NCBI GenBank assembly: GCA_963720565.1
Contig: CAVRFW010000005.1
Coordinates: forward strand, 359,027 to 423,026
DNA length: 64,000 nucleotides
Source: Candidatus Bathyarchaeota archaeon
GTDB taxonomy: Archaea > Thermoproteota > Bathyarchaeia > Bathyarchaeales > Bathycorpusculaceae
Reading direction: 5' to 3'
Translations under genes and position numbers: made by a program
The notes under the pieces: generated by a model
What the model saw: the letters and a program-made list of their open reading frames with translations, nothing else
What the model was told of the DNA's origin: nothing
Database searches by the model: none
Shown: positions 21,758 through 32,852 of the stretch, piece by piece
Position numbering within the stretch: the first letter of the stretch is position 1
Layout: the number at the start of each line of letters is the position of its first letter

Positions 21758-22027
21758 CTAGAATAGGAGAGAAGTCAAGATCTTCCACAACTCTTCCTTA
21801 TCCTTGATACTTCTGAATATCGCTTTTCCGCTTGCGTACATCCGGAAAGAAACATCATTGAAGATTAATTCGAATATTATACCAGCTACACAGTTCTTGA
21901 GTTGAGCCTTCTTGAGAATTCTGTCGATGGCTTCATCTTTTTTATCATACCTGAATACTACAATTACGTCTTTCTCTGCTCCGCAGGTTCCTTCGATTCT
22001 TGCGACGTAATCGTTAACTGATGCCAT
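21758..22027 (-). CDS. Hypothetical 89-aa protein, last gene of the Fe-S operon
   Basis: Start overlaps the sufS stop; GTCG and YASGKAIF motifs. Confidence 0.65.
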   Translation of the reverse strand: MASVNDYVARIEGTCGAEKDVIVVFRYDKKDEAIDRILKKAQLKNCVAGIIFELIFNDVSFRMYASGKAIFRSIKDKEELWKILTSLLF

Positions 22028-23259
22028 TAGAGCTGCTCGATCTCCTGCAATACTTCCACGAAGCGGTCGACCTCTTCACGCGTGTTATATATGTAGAAGC
22101 TTGCTCGGGCAGAAGATTGCAGTCTAAAAACTTGATGCAACGGTTGCGCGCAATGGAAACCGCTGCGAATCATTATACCGTAGTTATCAAAATAGAGTGC
22201 GACATCATGGGAGGATAAACCATCGATATTGAAGGGGATTATTCCACATTTTGAAGACAAGTCACTTGGTCCATAGATTGTTACCTTGGGGAATTTTTGC
22301 ATCTGCTTTACTGCGTACTCGTTTAGCAGTCTTTCATGCTCTAGGACATCAGCCATTCCAATCTGCTCAAGATACTTGACGGCTTCACTCAAAGCAATAG
22401 CTCCGCTTATGTTCGGTGTTCCAGCTTCAAATTTCCAAGGCGGTTCATTCCATGTTATATCGCACCTTTCTCTTCCCTGGCTTAAAGAAACGTCTTTTAT
22501 CATTTCTCCTCCCCCTTGGAAGGGACCCATTTTTTCAAGTAGGTCCCTCTTGGCATAAAGCACCCCGATTCCTGTTGGACCCAACATCTTATGTCCAGAA
22601 AAAGCTAGAAAATCTATGTCTAAATCTTTGACGTCTACCGGCATGTGTGGAACAGATTGAGCTCCATCAACCAGCATCAGAGCACTGTGCTCATGAGCCA
22701 CTTTAGCTATTCGCTTAACGTCATTGACAACCCCGCTAACGTTCGAGACTTGGCTCAAGCAAGCTATTCTTGTCTTGCTGGAAAACTTGCTCTCAAAGTC
22801 TTCATAATCAAGTGTCCCATCTGCGTGAACCTGTGCGTATTTCAATGTGAACCCTCTCAGTTTTGCGACAATTTCCCATGGGACAATATTGCTGTGATGC
22901 TCCATTAAAGATACCAAAACTTCATCACCTTTTCCCAAGTTGCCAAGTCCCCAGGAATAGGCGACTAGGTTTATAGCCTCTGTAGTGCCTCTGACAAAAA
23001 CGATTTCCGACGAATCTCTTGCACCTATGAAAGCTGAAATTCTTTCGCGTGCTTTTTCGTAACGCTCGGTCGCTTCGAGAGAAATTGTGTGAACAGCCCT
23101 ATGAACGTTAGCGTTATAGTTCTCGTAGAAATCGCTTATTGCTTCAATTACTTGCCGTGGTTTTTGGGCGGTAGCCGCATTGTCAAAATAGATTAGAGGG
23201 TTATTGTTGATTTTTCGTTTTAGGATCGGAAAATCTTCGCGGATTTTGTAGGGATCCAA
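22027..23259 (-). CDS. sufS: Cysteine desulfurase, group II (SufS)
   Basis: IREDFPIL, YFDNAATAQKP, EHHSN, DGAQS, SGHKMLGPTGIG, EAGTP, RSGFHCAQPL, RASFYIYN. Confidence 0.95.
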   Translation of the reverse strand: MDPYKIREDFPILKRKINNNPLIYFDNAATAQKPRQVIEAISDFYENYNANVHRAVHTISLEATERYEKARERISAFIGARDSSEIVFVRGTTEAINLVAYSWGLGNLGKGDEVLVSLMEHHSNIVPWEIVAKLRGFTLKYAQVHADGTLDYEDFESKFSSKTRIACLSQVSNVSGVVNDVKRIAKVAHEHSALMLVDGAQSVPHMPVDVKDLDIDFLAFSGHKMLGPTGIGVLYAKRDLLEKMGPFQGGGEMIKDVSLSQGRERCDITWNEPPWKFEAGTPNISGAIALSEAVKYLEQIGMADVLEHERLLNEYAVKQMQKFPKVTIYGPSDLSSKCGIIPFNIDGLSSHDVALYFDNYGIMIRSGFHCAQPLHQVFRLQSSARASFYIYNTREEVDRFVEVLQEIEQL

Positions 23260-23262
23260 TAA

Positions 23263-23766
23263 CTATTTTTCTCCCTCTGCCTTCAACCTCTTGGACAACA
23301 TCTTTGCCAGTTCTTCCTCTTCCACTGCCTGTTTTTCCTCGAAAGTCAGTTCATTTGGCAACCAACTGGGATTGCCGCTTCTATCAGTGTAGTATTTCCT
23401 TATTGCTCGTTTCAGAGCGCCCACAGCGAGAACTCCGCAATGGAACTTGATGCTGGGTAATCCTCCGACTTCTTCAGTCACCTTTTTCCATGTTATGTCT
23501 TCCCAAGCACTCTTCAGACTGAGTCCTCGAACCATCTCAGTGACTATGCTGGAGGTGGCGATGTTGGCGGCGCAACCGTAGCTTTCAAATGTAGCTCTTT
23601 CAATTACTTCATGCTCGTTAATTTTCAGGTAGAAAGTGATCATGTCTCCGCAGGCTGGATTGCCTGCAACTGCAGTGACTGTAGCATCTTCCATTTTTCC
23701 CAGATTCTTAGGGTTTCTGAATAAATCAAGGACTTTCGGATTGTACGGTAAAGGTACACGTGACAT
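23263..23766 (-). CDS. iscU: Fe-S scaffold protein IscU/NifU-N
   Basis: YNPKVLDLFRNPKNLG, GNPACGD, GCAANIATSS, LPSIKFHC. Confidence 0.9.
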   Translation of the reverse strand: MSRVPLPYNPKVLDLFRNPKNLGKMEDATVTAVAGNPACGDMITFYLKINEHEVIERATFESYGCAANIATSSIVTEMVRGLSLKSAWEDITWKKVTEEVGGLPSIKFHCGVLAVGALKRAIRKYYTDRSGNPSWLPNELTFEEKQAVEEEELAKMLSKRLKAEGEK

Positions 23767-23768
23767 TC

Positions 23769-24992
23769 CTAATCAACTCCTGTTGAGCCAACTATTCCCC
23801 TTATTCTATTTACAGCCTTTGGTAGTGCTTCCAAAACATAGGCGATATCTTCGTCAGTGTGAGTTCGTATTGTTTTCATCAGTATGCTTCCGTGAGCTTC
23901 GCTGAATCTTCGGCCTATGGCTACAAGAACATGGCTTGGTTGAAGGAGTCTTCTGCTGCAAGCGCTGCCGCTTGACACGTAGATCCCAGCCAGGCTTAGT
24001 TCAATTGTCAGAGCTTCACCCTCACACCTCAGGAAGCTCATGTTAGCATTGTCAGGTGCTCGCTTGTCGCCTTTTGGACCGTTCAGCTTAACTTCAGAGA
24101 GTTTCTCGAATATGCCACTAACTAGTTTGTCTCGCAGTCTGCGCATGCGATCCACGTTTGACTCAAAGTCCTGGAACACTAATTCGCTTGCTTTTGTGAA
24201 ACCGACAATTAGGGGAGTATTTTCAATCCCTGGCCAGAGCTTCTGTGTTCCTATTTGACCTTCGAGAATTCTTTCTAGATTGACGCCTTCTCGCACATAG
24301 AGAGCGCCCATGCCTCGCGGTCCCAAAATCTTGTAGCTACTGACAGTTGCCATGTCTACTTTCAAGTCCTGCACGTTTAGCGATATTCTGCCATATGCGT
24401 CTGAGGCATCGGTATGAAAGAGAGTTTCAGGGTTCTTGTCTTTAACGATATCCCGCGCTTCCTTTATTGGTTGTATTGTACCGATTTCGTTGTTAACGGC
24501 TGAAAGGCTTACAAGAACGGTGTCTTTGTCAACGGTTTCCTGAAGTTTTGCAAGATCTACAAAACCTTCTTTGTCAACCGAAATTTTGACTGTAGTGAAA
24601 CCGAATTTCTGCAACATCTCTGCGACATGTAAAACGTTTATGGGCTCAATCTCTGAAATCACGATTTTCTTACCCTTGTTTTTCATGGCAAAGGCCGAAC
24701 TCATCAACGCAAGGTTGTTGGCTTCTGTTTCGCCTGGCGTAAAAGTAATTTCTTCGAGAATTTTTGCGCCCATGAACTTGCTGATTTTTTGAGCCGATTC
24801 CATTATGGTTTCGAAGGCTTCCCAACCAGGCTTATGCGTGAGCGTGGGGTTGCCATACGCCCGCTGACTATAGTAAGGTATCATGGCTTCAACTACCTCC
24901 CCAGGCACGACGGTTGAGTTTTCGTTATCCAAGTAAACTTCACGGGCAATATTCTCGTGCGCTTTGAGCAATTCTTTAACGTTCTCTACCAT
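23769..24992 (-). CDS. Divergent group I (IscS/NifS-like) cysteine desulfurase homolog
   Basis: YLDN, YGNP, NNEIGTIQP, SSYKILGPRGMGALYV, SSGSACS..PSHVL; several active-site motifs altered. Confidence 0.85.
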   Translation of the reverse strand: MVENVKELLKAHENIAREVYLDNENSTVVPGEVVEAMIPYYSQRAYGNPTLTHKPGWEAFETIMESAQKISKFMGAKILEEITFTPGETEANNLALMSSAFAMKNKGKKIVISEIEPINVLHVAEMLQKFGFTTVKISVDKEGFVDLAKLQETVDKDTVLVSLSAVNNEIGTIQPIKEARDIVKDKNPETLFHTDASDAYGRISLNVQDLKVDMATVSSYKILGPRGMGALYVREGVNLERILEGQIGTQKLWPGIENTPLIVGFTKASELVFQDFESNVDRMRRLRDKLVSGIFEKLSEVKLNGPKGDKRAPDNANMSFLRCEGEALTIELSLAGIYVSSGSACSRRLLQPSHVLVAIGRRFSEAHGSILMKTIRTHTDEDIAYVLEALPKAVNRIRGIVGSTGVD

Positions 24993-25153
24993 ACAATACA
25001 CTGACCTATTTTGTGAGCAGATAATTCGTTTACAAATAATATCACTCGTTCAAATAGAAAAGTATAACCGTCAAAGCTGAAAGAGACACGACTAACACTA
25101 TAAATCAGCCTTCCCCTAATTCTTGTGAACAAATCGAACAACGGCGTATCCTA

Positions 25154-27385
25154 GTGAAAATAACCGAACTATCAGTTCCTGAATCAATCAAAGAAATTAT
25201 GCTGAATTCTGGAATTGCCGAGTTGTACCCTCCGCAAGAAGAAGCAATAAGAGCCGGCGTCTTGGAGGGGAAGAACCTGGTTTTGGCGAGTCCAACAGCA
25301 TCCGGAAAAACGTTAATCGCAGAGCTCTGTGGTTTGAAGCAGGTTCTAGAAAGGAAGGGTAAAGTGATTTACTTGTCGCCTTTGAGAGCCCTGGCGAGCG
25401 AGAAGTTTGAAGAGTTCAAAAAGTACGCATCTATCCAAAAACCCAATGGACGGCGAGTAAGTGTTGGAATCAGCACTGGTGATTTTGACAGCAGTGATGC
25501 ATGGCTAGAAAAATACGATATAATAGTAACCACAAACGAGAAAGCCGACTCCCTCTTGAGGCACAGGGCAAAGTGGATGGACGAGATTTCACTTGTAGTT
25601 GCCGACGAAGTGCATCTTCTAAACGAAGCGGAGCGAGGCCCAACTTTAGAAATTGTATTGGCAAGGCTTCTACAGGTCAACCCTGAAATGCAGATTCTAG
25701 CGTTGAGCGCCACCATAAACAATGTTGATGAGATAGCAAACTGGCTAAAATCCTCCTATGTCGTAACGGAATGGCGACCCGTATCATTAAAGGAAGGCGT
25801 ACTTCTACACGAGGAAATCCAGTACAAGGATGGAGACGCAAAGAAGATCGAGAAAAAGACCCGCGATTCAACCATAAATATTGTTTTGAACACTGTGAAA
25901 AACGGAGGCCAAGCACTGGTATTCGCATCAACCAGAAAAAATAGTGCAACCTCTGCCAAGAAAATTGCAGAACACATGACCGATGTGCTCTCCAGACCAA
26001 TAAAACGAACACTGGAACATGAAGCCCAGAAAATTTTGTCGACCGGTGAACGAACCCGAATCAGCGAATCTCTAGCCGACCTTGTTAAGCAGGGAACGGC
26101 TTTTCATCACGCAGGCTTAGGCGGAGCTCATCGCAGATTGATAGAGGACTTGTTCCGACAGGGAAAAATAAAAGTGCTAACTGCCACCCCAACGTTGGCT
26201 TTCGGAGTTAACCTTCCGGCGCGCACGGTTGTAATTCAAGATTACAGAAGATGGGAACCAGGCTACGGACATTACCCAATAAGCGTTCTAGAGTATAAAC
26301 AGATGGCAGGGCGAGCTGGAAGACCTAAATACGATAAAGTGGGCGAGGCTGTGCTCATCGCAAAAACTGCGGATGAAGCTGATTACCTGATGGACAATTA
26401 CATTCTAGCGCGTCCTGAGAGAATTTGGTCGAGACTGGCTGTTGAAAAGATTATTAGAGGTCACGTGTTAGCAACAATCGCCTCGGATTTTGCACACACG
26501 GAAAACGGGATCTATGAATTCTTCGGAAAGACCTTTTACGCATATCAATATGATGTCAAAGCCATCAAGAGCATAATAGCAAAAATTCTAAAGTACCTAT
26601 ACGACGAGGAAATGATTGAGCTAGACGGAGAGAATATTTACGCCACCAAGTTTGGCAAGAGAGTAAGCGATCTTTACATAGACCCCTTGTCAGCCGTCGT
26701 TATTCGCGATGCAATAGAGAACAAGCCGCCTAATGTAACAGACCTGAGCCTCCTCCATTTAATTTCACACACACCTGATATGGGTCCAATAATGAGGCCG
26801 TACGCCCGTGAATTAGAAGAGATGGCCATTCTGCTGGAGCAACACAAAGAAGAGTTCTTAATCGAGGCTCCTAACGAGTGGGATGATCACATTGCCTACC
26901 AGGAGTTTCTGGGCGAGATCAAAACTGCCATGGTTCTGAAGAGTTGGATTGATGAGATGAGCGAAGAAACACTTCTGGAGAAGTTCAACGCACAACCCGG
27001 AGACCTTTACAGAACCATCGAGAACGCAAAATGGCTGCTTCATGCTACACATGAGCTTACGGCACTCCTCGGGAAAAAGGAAATTTTACCTTTAGCCTTT
27101 GAACTTGTGGAGAGAACAACCAAAGGAGTGCGGAAGGAGTTGTTGCCAATCGTTCGATTAGAGGGCATTGGACGAGTGCGAGGGCGGATAATCTACAACG
27201 CTGGATTCAAGACAATTGAAAACATAAAACACGCAACACTAGAGGAATTAACAAATTTGCCACTTGTGGGTCCGAGACTGGCAAAAAGGATCAAGGAGCA
27301 AGTGGGTGGTTTTGTTAAGAAGGATACGTGGGAAAGCCTTGAGAAGGGCGAAGAGTGGAAACAGAAAGCCATTACCGAATTTTAG
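25154..27385 (+). CDS. hel308: Ski2-like DNA helicase Hel308/Hjm
   Basis: LYPPQ, PTASGKT, DEVH, LSAT, FHHAGL, TPTLAFGVNLPAR, QMAGRAGRP, C-terminal HhH GIGRVRGR. Confidence 0.95.
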   Translation: MKITELSVPESIKEIMLNSGIAELYPPQEEAIRAGVLEGKNLVLASPTASGKTLIAELCGLKQVLERKGKVIYLSPLRALASEKFEEFKKYASIQKPNGRRVSVGISTGDFDSSDAWLEKYDIIVTTNEKADSLLRHRAKWMDEISLVVADEVHLLNEAERGPTLEIVLARLLQVNPEMQILALSATINNVDEIANWLKSSYVVTEWRPVSLKEGVLLHEEIQYKDGDAKKIEKKTRDSTINIVLNTVKNGGQALVFASTRKNSATSAKKIAEHMTDVLSRPIKRTLEHEAQKILSTGERTRISESLADLVKQGTAFHHAGLGGAHRRLIEDLFRQGKIKVLTATPTLAFGVNLPARTVVIQDYRRWEPGYGHYPISVLEYKQMAGRAGRPKYDKVGEAVLIAKTADEADYLMDNYILARPERIWSRLAVEKIIRGHVLATIASDFAHTENGIYEFFGKTFYAYQYDVKAIKSIIAKILKYLYDEEMIELDGENIYATKFGKRVSDLYIDPLSAVVIRDAIENKPPNVTDLSLLHLISHTPDMGPIMRPYARELEEMAILLEQHKEEFLIEAPNEWDDHIAYQEFLGEIKTAMVLKSWIDEMSEETLLEKFNAQPGDLYRTIENAKWLLHATHELTALLGKKEILPLAFELVERTTKGVRKELLPIVRLEGIGRVRGRIIYNAGFKTIENIKHATLEELTNLPLVGPRLAKRIKEQVGGFVKKDTWESLEKGEEWKQKAITEF

Positions 27386-27387
27386 AG

Positions 27388-28723
27388 CTATTCATTCGCG
27401 AACAATTCTGCCTGCTTGATGGCAGTGCCGAGATAGTTACACGGTTCTAGAGCCTTGGTTATCTCCTTCTCGTCAAGTTTTCCTCTGATAAAGGTGTTTT
27501 GAAGGAGAACGTCTCTGAAAGGGCGTTTTTCAAGCGAACTCTCTATCGTTAATTGCCTAAGCAACTCGTGGGCTTCCTGGCGATTTACACCCTTCTTGGT
27601 CAGAATCATCATAACAGCTTCAGACATGGAACGACCCTGCGTAAGAATCATATTCTGCGACATTCGCTGTTCATCAACCCGTAGATTAGTCACGATATCG
27701 CTCATCAGAACAACTAGATAATCAACTATGATACACGATTCTGGAAGAATGAAACGTTCAGCCGAGGATTGAGTCAGGTCTCTCTCATGCCACGTTATCA
27801 TGTTTTCCAGTGCTGGGATCGTGAGGCTTCGAGCGATTCGAGCTAATCCACAGACTTTCTCGCATGTTTCTGGATTCTGCTTGTGAGGCATCGTGGAACT
27901 GCCCACCTGCTTCTCAGTTTCGAAAGTCTCGAAAAGCTCGCCAATTTCGGGACGCTGCAACTCTCGGATTTCTGTGGCAAAATTCTCCAAAGAAGAAGCA
28001 ATAATCGCTAGAATGCAAATAAGCTCCGCATACCTATCCCTCTGGACAATCTGCGTCGAAATCTCAGCCGCATTAATTCCAAGTCTTTTCATGACAATGT
28101 CCTGAATGCGGGTCGCATATTTTCCCAGTCCTGCTTGAGTGCCCACAGCGCCGCTCATCTTGCCTACTATCACACGCTTCTTTGCAGTCATTAAGACGTT
28201 GAATGTGTCTTGCTATTTCTCTTCCCCAAACCGCAAACTTGAATCCTAACGTGATAGGCAACGCGTGTTGACCGTGTGTCCTGCCCATCATCACTGTTTC
28301 CTTATAGTGCCCAGCCTTTTTTTGCAGGATGCCCTTTAGCTCAATTAGTCTCTTTTCCATAAGTTCTAATGCGTCTCTGAGTTGCAGGGCGTTGGCTGTG
28401 TCCACAATGTCATAGCTCGTTGCGCCCAAATGGACGTAAGCACCGCTTGAGCCACACACCTCTGATAGTCCACGCACCAAGGAGGCGAGATCATGTTTTA
28501 TTTCCTTCTCTATTGCTTTTACGCGGGCTATCTTCACGTACTTCAGTGATGCCATAGCTGCGATTTTTTCCGCGTCTTTTAACGGTATGTTACCGACTTC
28601 AGCATGAGCCAAAGCCAGTGCTGCCTCAACATCGAGCATTTTCTGAACACGGGTTTCCTCTTCGAAAATCCTGCGCATCTCAGCAGTTCCATACCGTCCT
28701 GTATCTATGGGAAGAATAGGCAA
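27388..28723 (-). CDS. purB: Adenylosuccinate lyase; +1 indel near 28182
   Basis: HLGATSYDIVDT, GRTHGQHA, GKMSGAVGT, GSSTMPHKQNP, WHERDL; two abutting ORFs. Confidence 0.93.
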
Positions 28724-28817
28724 TGGGTTATACCTCGTCAAGAAGGATATACAGATTAAGGATTAATGTTTTACCAAACATTAACAGGCTGACACTCAGG
28801 GAGAAGGTCATAAAAAC

Positions 28818-30279
28818 ATGAAAACGACGGTTTCTGTTTTAGACAAGAGAGGAAACGACGCAACAGCGATTGTAGAAGGAATATTACGATCACTTCACAA
28901 AGAACAAAATTCAGAGATTAGATTAGTTTCATCATCGTCAATCCAAACGATAGAAAATCATCGCGTCACCTTGCGAGAGCAAAGCAACAAACTCGCCGAT
29001 AGTAGTTGGCTGCGCATTGCCCAGATCTCTCTCAACCTCCTGGCTACATTATTTTAAGCTGGACAATGCAGCAATGATACTTGACGGGGTATTATACTCG
29101 CCTATTCAGACCCCACTGAAACAGAATGCACTCGAAAAAATGCGTAATCTGGATCCGTTAGTTATAGGTGAAACAGTGCTAAAGAATGTTGAAGGGGATT
29201 TTTCGTTTCTAATAGTAGATGGAGACAAAATCGTCGCTGGAAGAGACACAGTAGGCGTTCAACCGCTCTATTATGGCGAAAACAAAACAATAGTGGCCTT
29301 TGCTTCCAACCGAAAAGCTTTGTGGAAACTCGGGATAGAAACACCCAAATCCTTTCCACCTGGAAATATGGCAGTAGCCACCAGCAAAGGACTAGAATTT
29401 ACCGCGGTCAAAAACATAACATACTCAGAAACAGAGCCCATAACAATGCAAAAGGCAGCAAAAAATCTCCAGAAACTGCTGGAGCAAGCAGTCAAGATGC
29501 GTGTAATGGGACTTAAAGATGTTGCCATTGCATTCTCAGGAGGATTAGACAGCAGCCTTATTGCAGCTCTTGCCAAGAAGTGCAAGGCCAACGTTTGCTT
29601 ATTCCATGTGAGTTTGGAAAATCATCATGAAACAGTCGAAGCAAAGAAGGCGGCTGCAGCTCTGAGCCTCCCAATTCAGACGCATCTCTATGAGGAATCT
29701 GATGTTGAAACTGTCCTTCCCAAGGTTGTAGAACTCGTCGAAGAAAACGACCCTGTCAAGTCAAGCATCGGAGTTGCAATGTACTGGGTAGCCCAGAAAG
29801 CAGCTGAGGCAGGATTTCATGTATTGATAGCAGGGCAGGGCGCCGATGAACTCTTCGGAGGCTACAAACGATATGTTGACCAGTACGTGTCGCATGGAGC
29901 TGAAGAGGTTAGAAAAACCCTATACGAAGATGTTAGAAGTCTTCATGAGAATAACATCGAAAGAGACGTCAAAATCTGCAATTTCCATGACATACAACTG
30001 CGTCTGCCTTTCGCAACATATCAAATCGCCGATTTTGCCATAAAACTCCCTACGGAACTAAAGATTGAAAGGAAACAGGATTCTCTAAGAAAGCTTGTGT
30101 TAAGAAGGGTGGCCGAAAACTTGAATTTACCCGCGTCATTATCTAGTAAACCAAAAAAGGCTGTACAATATGCTACCGGAATAAATAACGCCTTAAGACA
30201 AATAGCAAAGAGCCAGAAAACAACTCTAAAAGACTACATTGACAGAATCTTCATCTCGAATACAAGAAATAAACTTTGA
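28818..30279 (+). CDS. asnB: Asparagine synthetase B-like protein; indel near 28985
   Basis: GRDTVGVQPLYY, AFSGGLDSS, GQGADELFGGY, LRLPF, KKAVQYATG; no N-terminal catalytic Cys visible. Confidence 0.78.
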
Positions 30280-30503
30280 AAATTTCGGCACTCAGAAAAG
30301 CTAAGACGCGAGGACATCAATCAGCTGTATTTCGAGAATAGAGACTGCAGAGTTAGATCAATAATTCTGTATTCTGATTAGCTATAGACTAACTAAGACC
30401 TCGGAGGGACAACGTCTTTGCCCTTGCAAGCACTCTTACACAAGAAACAGCGAAAATGGCAACAGAAACATTATAACCATTGCTGGTCTTTCGCTGAAAC
30501 AAG

Positions 30504-31466
30504 GTGGTTAAACTGAAGTTTGGAGCTTACATCTATCAGCCGGAAAAAACCAGAGGCTTTGACTTTCATGTTCTGCGTGTCAAACAGGAAACTGGCAGAA
30601 GAATCCCGCCAGTGCAAGACATGTACAGCAACATAGCCGTTTTTGCAGATAATGCCGCAGTCGGAAGTCATCCCGAATGGATTTCACAGTCACCTCTCGG
30701 TCCAGCTCAAATAGGAAACAACCGTTTCAACATCTACTGGAATATAGTCTGCGCAACTCAGCCACATCACAGAGCGGAACAACTAGAGTATATACAAGAT
30801 GTTGAAAGGCATTCAATGGGTGTATGGCTAAATAGCCACTACTTTGCTGAGCAAGGTCATTGCATATGCCCTCGGTGTGAGAAGCTTTGGAAGAAGAGCG
30901 GTCTCAGCTGGCTTGAATGGAGAAGAAAAGAGGTTAAAACCTACTTAGCTCAAGTCAGGGAACGAGTGAAAAAAGAGCTGGTCATGTGCATACAACCTGA
31001 TCCTGTATGTTCTTACGAGCGATATGGAGTTGATTTTAATGATCTCGCCGAATACGCTGATGCGTTCAACGTTGTAATGTTTTCGAAGAACTATGCCACG
31101 CCATGGTATTGGGAAATGCTGACGCGATCATTCAGGAAATTGTTGAAGAAACCCTTCTATGTCAGTCTATATGTTTTCGGTCTAGGCGACAACGCAAAAG
31201 ACGTGCCCTCAGCCTCTGAATTGTTGACGGTTAGCACTCGTTGCGCACGAGCTGGGGCTGATGGGATTCTCTACTTGGCAGATGGATCTAGCCAAATTTG
31301 GGATTTCCAAAAAGCTACAGTTGATGCAATTGAACTCAGACAGCGATTGGCAAGCTACGGAGGAGAATCCGTTCAAGAGGTTCTGGACTTTATTCTCAAG
31401 TTGGAAAGACCTAGTTCAGTAAATCGGTGCATCAAACACTCATTGCAAGGATTCTTTGAGGACTGA
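30504..31466 (+). CDS. Hypothetical TIM-barrel / glycoside-hydrolase-like protein
   Basis: HPEWIS, HCICPRC, WLEWRRKEV, ERYGVDFNDLAEYAD resemble GHL10/GH42-type barrels. Confidence 0.5.
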   Translation: MVKLKFGAYIYQPEKTRGFDFHVLRVKQETGRRIPPVQDMYSNIAVFADNAAVGSHPEWISQSPLGPAQIGNNRFNIYWNIVCATQPHHRAEQLEYIQDVERHSMGVWLNSHYFAEQGHCICPRCEKLWKKSGLSWLEWRRKEVKTYLAQVRERVKKELVMCIQPDPVCSYERYGVDFNDLAEYADAFNVVMFSKNYATPWYWEMLTRSFRKLLKKPFYVSLYVFGLGDNAKDVPSASELLTVSTRCARAGADGILYLADGSSQIWDFQKATVDAIELRQRLASYGGESVQEVLDFILKLERPSSVNRCIKHSLQGFFED

Positions 31467-31796
31467 GAGGTAAGACATTACTTGCTCTATTCTTGGGTCA
31501 GATATTTTCAAGGATAGCTGGATTATTGCTCGTGGATTCGGTTTGCGTGAGGTTTGTATTGTCTCCAAAGCATTATCTATGTTTGATAGAAGAGAATCCC
31601 AGGTTATCTTGGTTTTTTGACCCTTCAGAGTATACAGCGTAAGGATGTGCGCGCTGATTTTGTTCAGATTGCTTTTAAATTCTCTCAAGGTCTGAATTAT
31701 GTCGACTGTGGCATATTCTGCCCCAGAAAGGTACTTCTTGATTACTTGATACTGTTTTTCAATAGCATGAATTTCCGTGAATAATTCTCTTTCCAT
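31440..31796 (-). CDS. Hypothetical helical protein
   Basis: 118-aa ORF with ATG start and protein-like composition. Confidence 0.55.
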   Translation of the reverse strand: MERELFTEIHAIEKQYQVIKKYLSGAEYATVDIIQTLREFKSNLNKISAHILTLYTLKGQKTKITWDSLLSNIDNALETIQTSRKPNPRAIIQLSLKISDPRIEQVMSYLSVLKESLQ

Positions 31797-32327
31797 TGTT
31801 GCATGCTTTTCGTCCCGGATTTATACCAGCTCCGTCATCTACTCTTTGAAAGAAGTAAATAAGATTTTGTTCTGATATTTTTAAACCCAATTGCTTCTGA
31901 AGAAAAAGCATGGTGCTAAGAAATGGATGTCTTTTCAAGAGTTTTCAAGCGCTTATACTTAATCAGAAAAAAATGATAGTCTCATAGACAATGCCTTGAT
32001 TCAGCACTTCATCTGAGACTTTAGTCAACGTCAGAAGAAGGAACTGGTATTCGCAGTTATGATCGCGGACTAGTCTGCTGATCAATCTCGCGTGCTTGGG
32101 CATATAAGTTGTAGCGTAGCTGCTCGTGAAAACAAAAAACGTTGGGAAGACAACGACGACCTCAATACAACTAGCTGCAGTTGCTCATTTTTCAAAATAT
32201 TGAAACTAAATTCATAATTAAATAATAGATAAATCTCGTTTTTTTGCGCCTTTACCCACAGTTTCAAAGTAGAATTAAAAAGAAGAAAGCCTTTTATGAA
32301 AATATGGGCACAACTGTATTAGGGTGA

Positions 32328-32594
32328 TTGAAAATCTTGGAAGCGTATATCTTAATAAAAATTGCTACTCAAACAGACGTCTGTGGGTTCAGTCGCTCTG
32401 TAATTGAGAAAATAGGAAACATGAAAGGCATTGAAAAAGCCAACCTATTGTTTGGTGACTTCGATGCTATCCTCAAAATCAGAATGCCAAAAATTCATGA
32501 GATAGAAAATACAGTAATGGAAGAGATACACATGATTGAAGGTGTTGAGTCAACGTTGACACTTCTGTGCGTGGACGAAAACGTGATTGAGTAG
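32328..32594 (+). CDS. Stand-alone Lrp/AsnC ligand-binding (RAM) domain
   Basis: AYILIK..LLFGDFDAILKI..IEGVESTLTL; no HTH. Confidence 0.85.
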   Translation: MKILEAYILIKIATQTDVCGFSRSVIEKIGNMKGIEKANLLFGDFDAILKIRMPKIHEIENTVMEEIHMIEGVESTLTLLCVDENVIE

Positions 32595-32606
32595 GGGAGA
32601 TGGACC

Positions 32607-32852
32607 ATGGAAACGGGTTATATACTTTTCAATCTGAAACCAGGAATGAAGCGTACCTTTCTCCAAAGCATTAGAAAGATACAGAGCGTAAAAGAAGCTC
32701 ACATAGTACTTGGCAATTGGGATGCGATTGCAGAGGTCGAAGCGGAGGATGTTCAAGAACTGGAGAGAGTTTATTTTAACCAAATTGACAAGTTACTGAG
32801 TATAACTAGCTCCAGACTCTACATAATGGCTTGCCCCAGAACTAGAAAATAA
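32607..32852 (+). CDS. Stand-alone Lrp/AsnC ligand-binding (RAM) domain
   Basis: GYILFN..VKEAHIVLGNWDAIAEVEAED; no HTH. Confidence 0.85.
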   Translation: METGYILFNLKPGMKRTFLQSIRKIQSVKEAHIVLGNWDAIAEVEAEDVQELERVYFNQIDKLLSITSSRLYIMACPRTRK

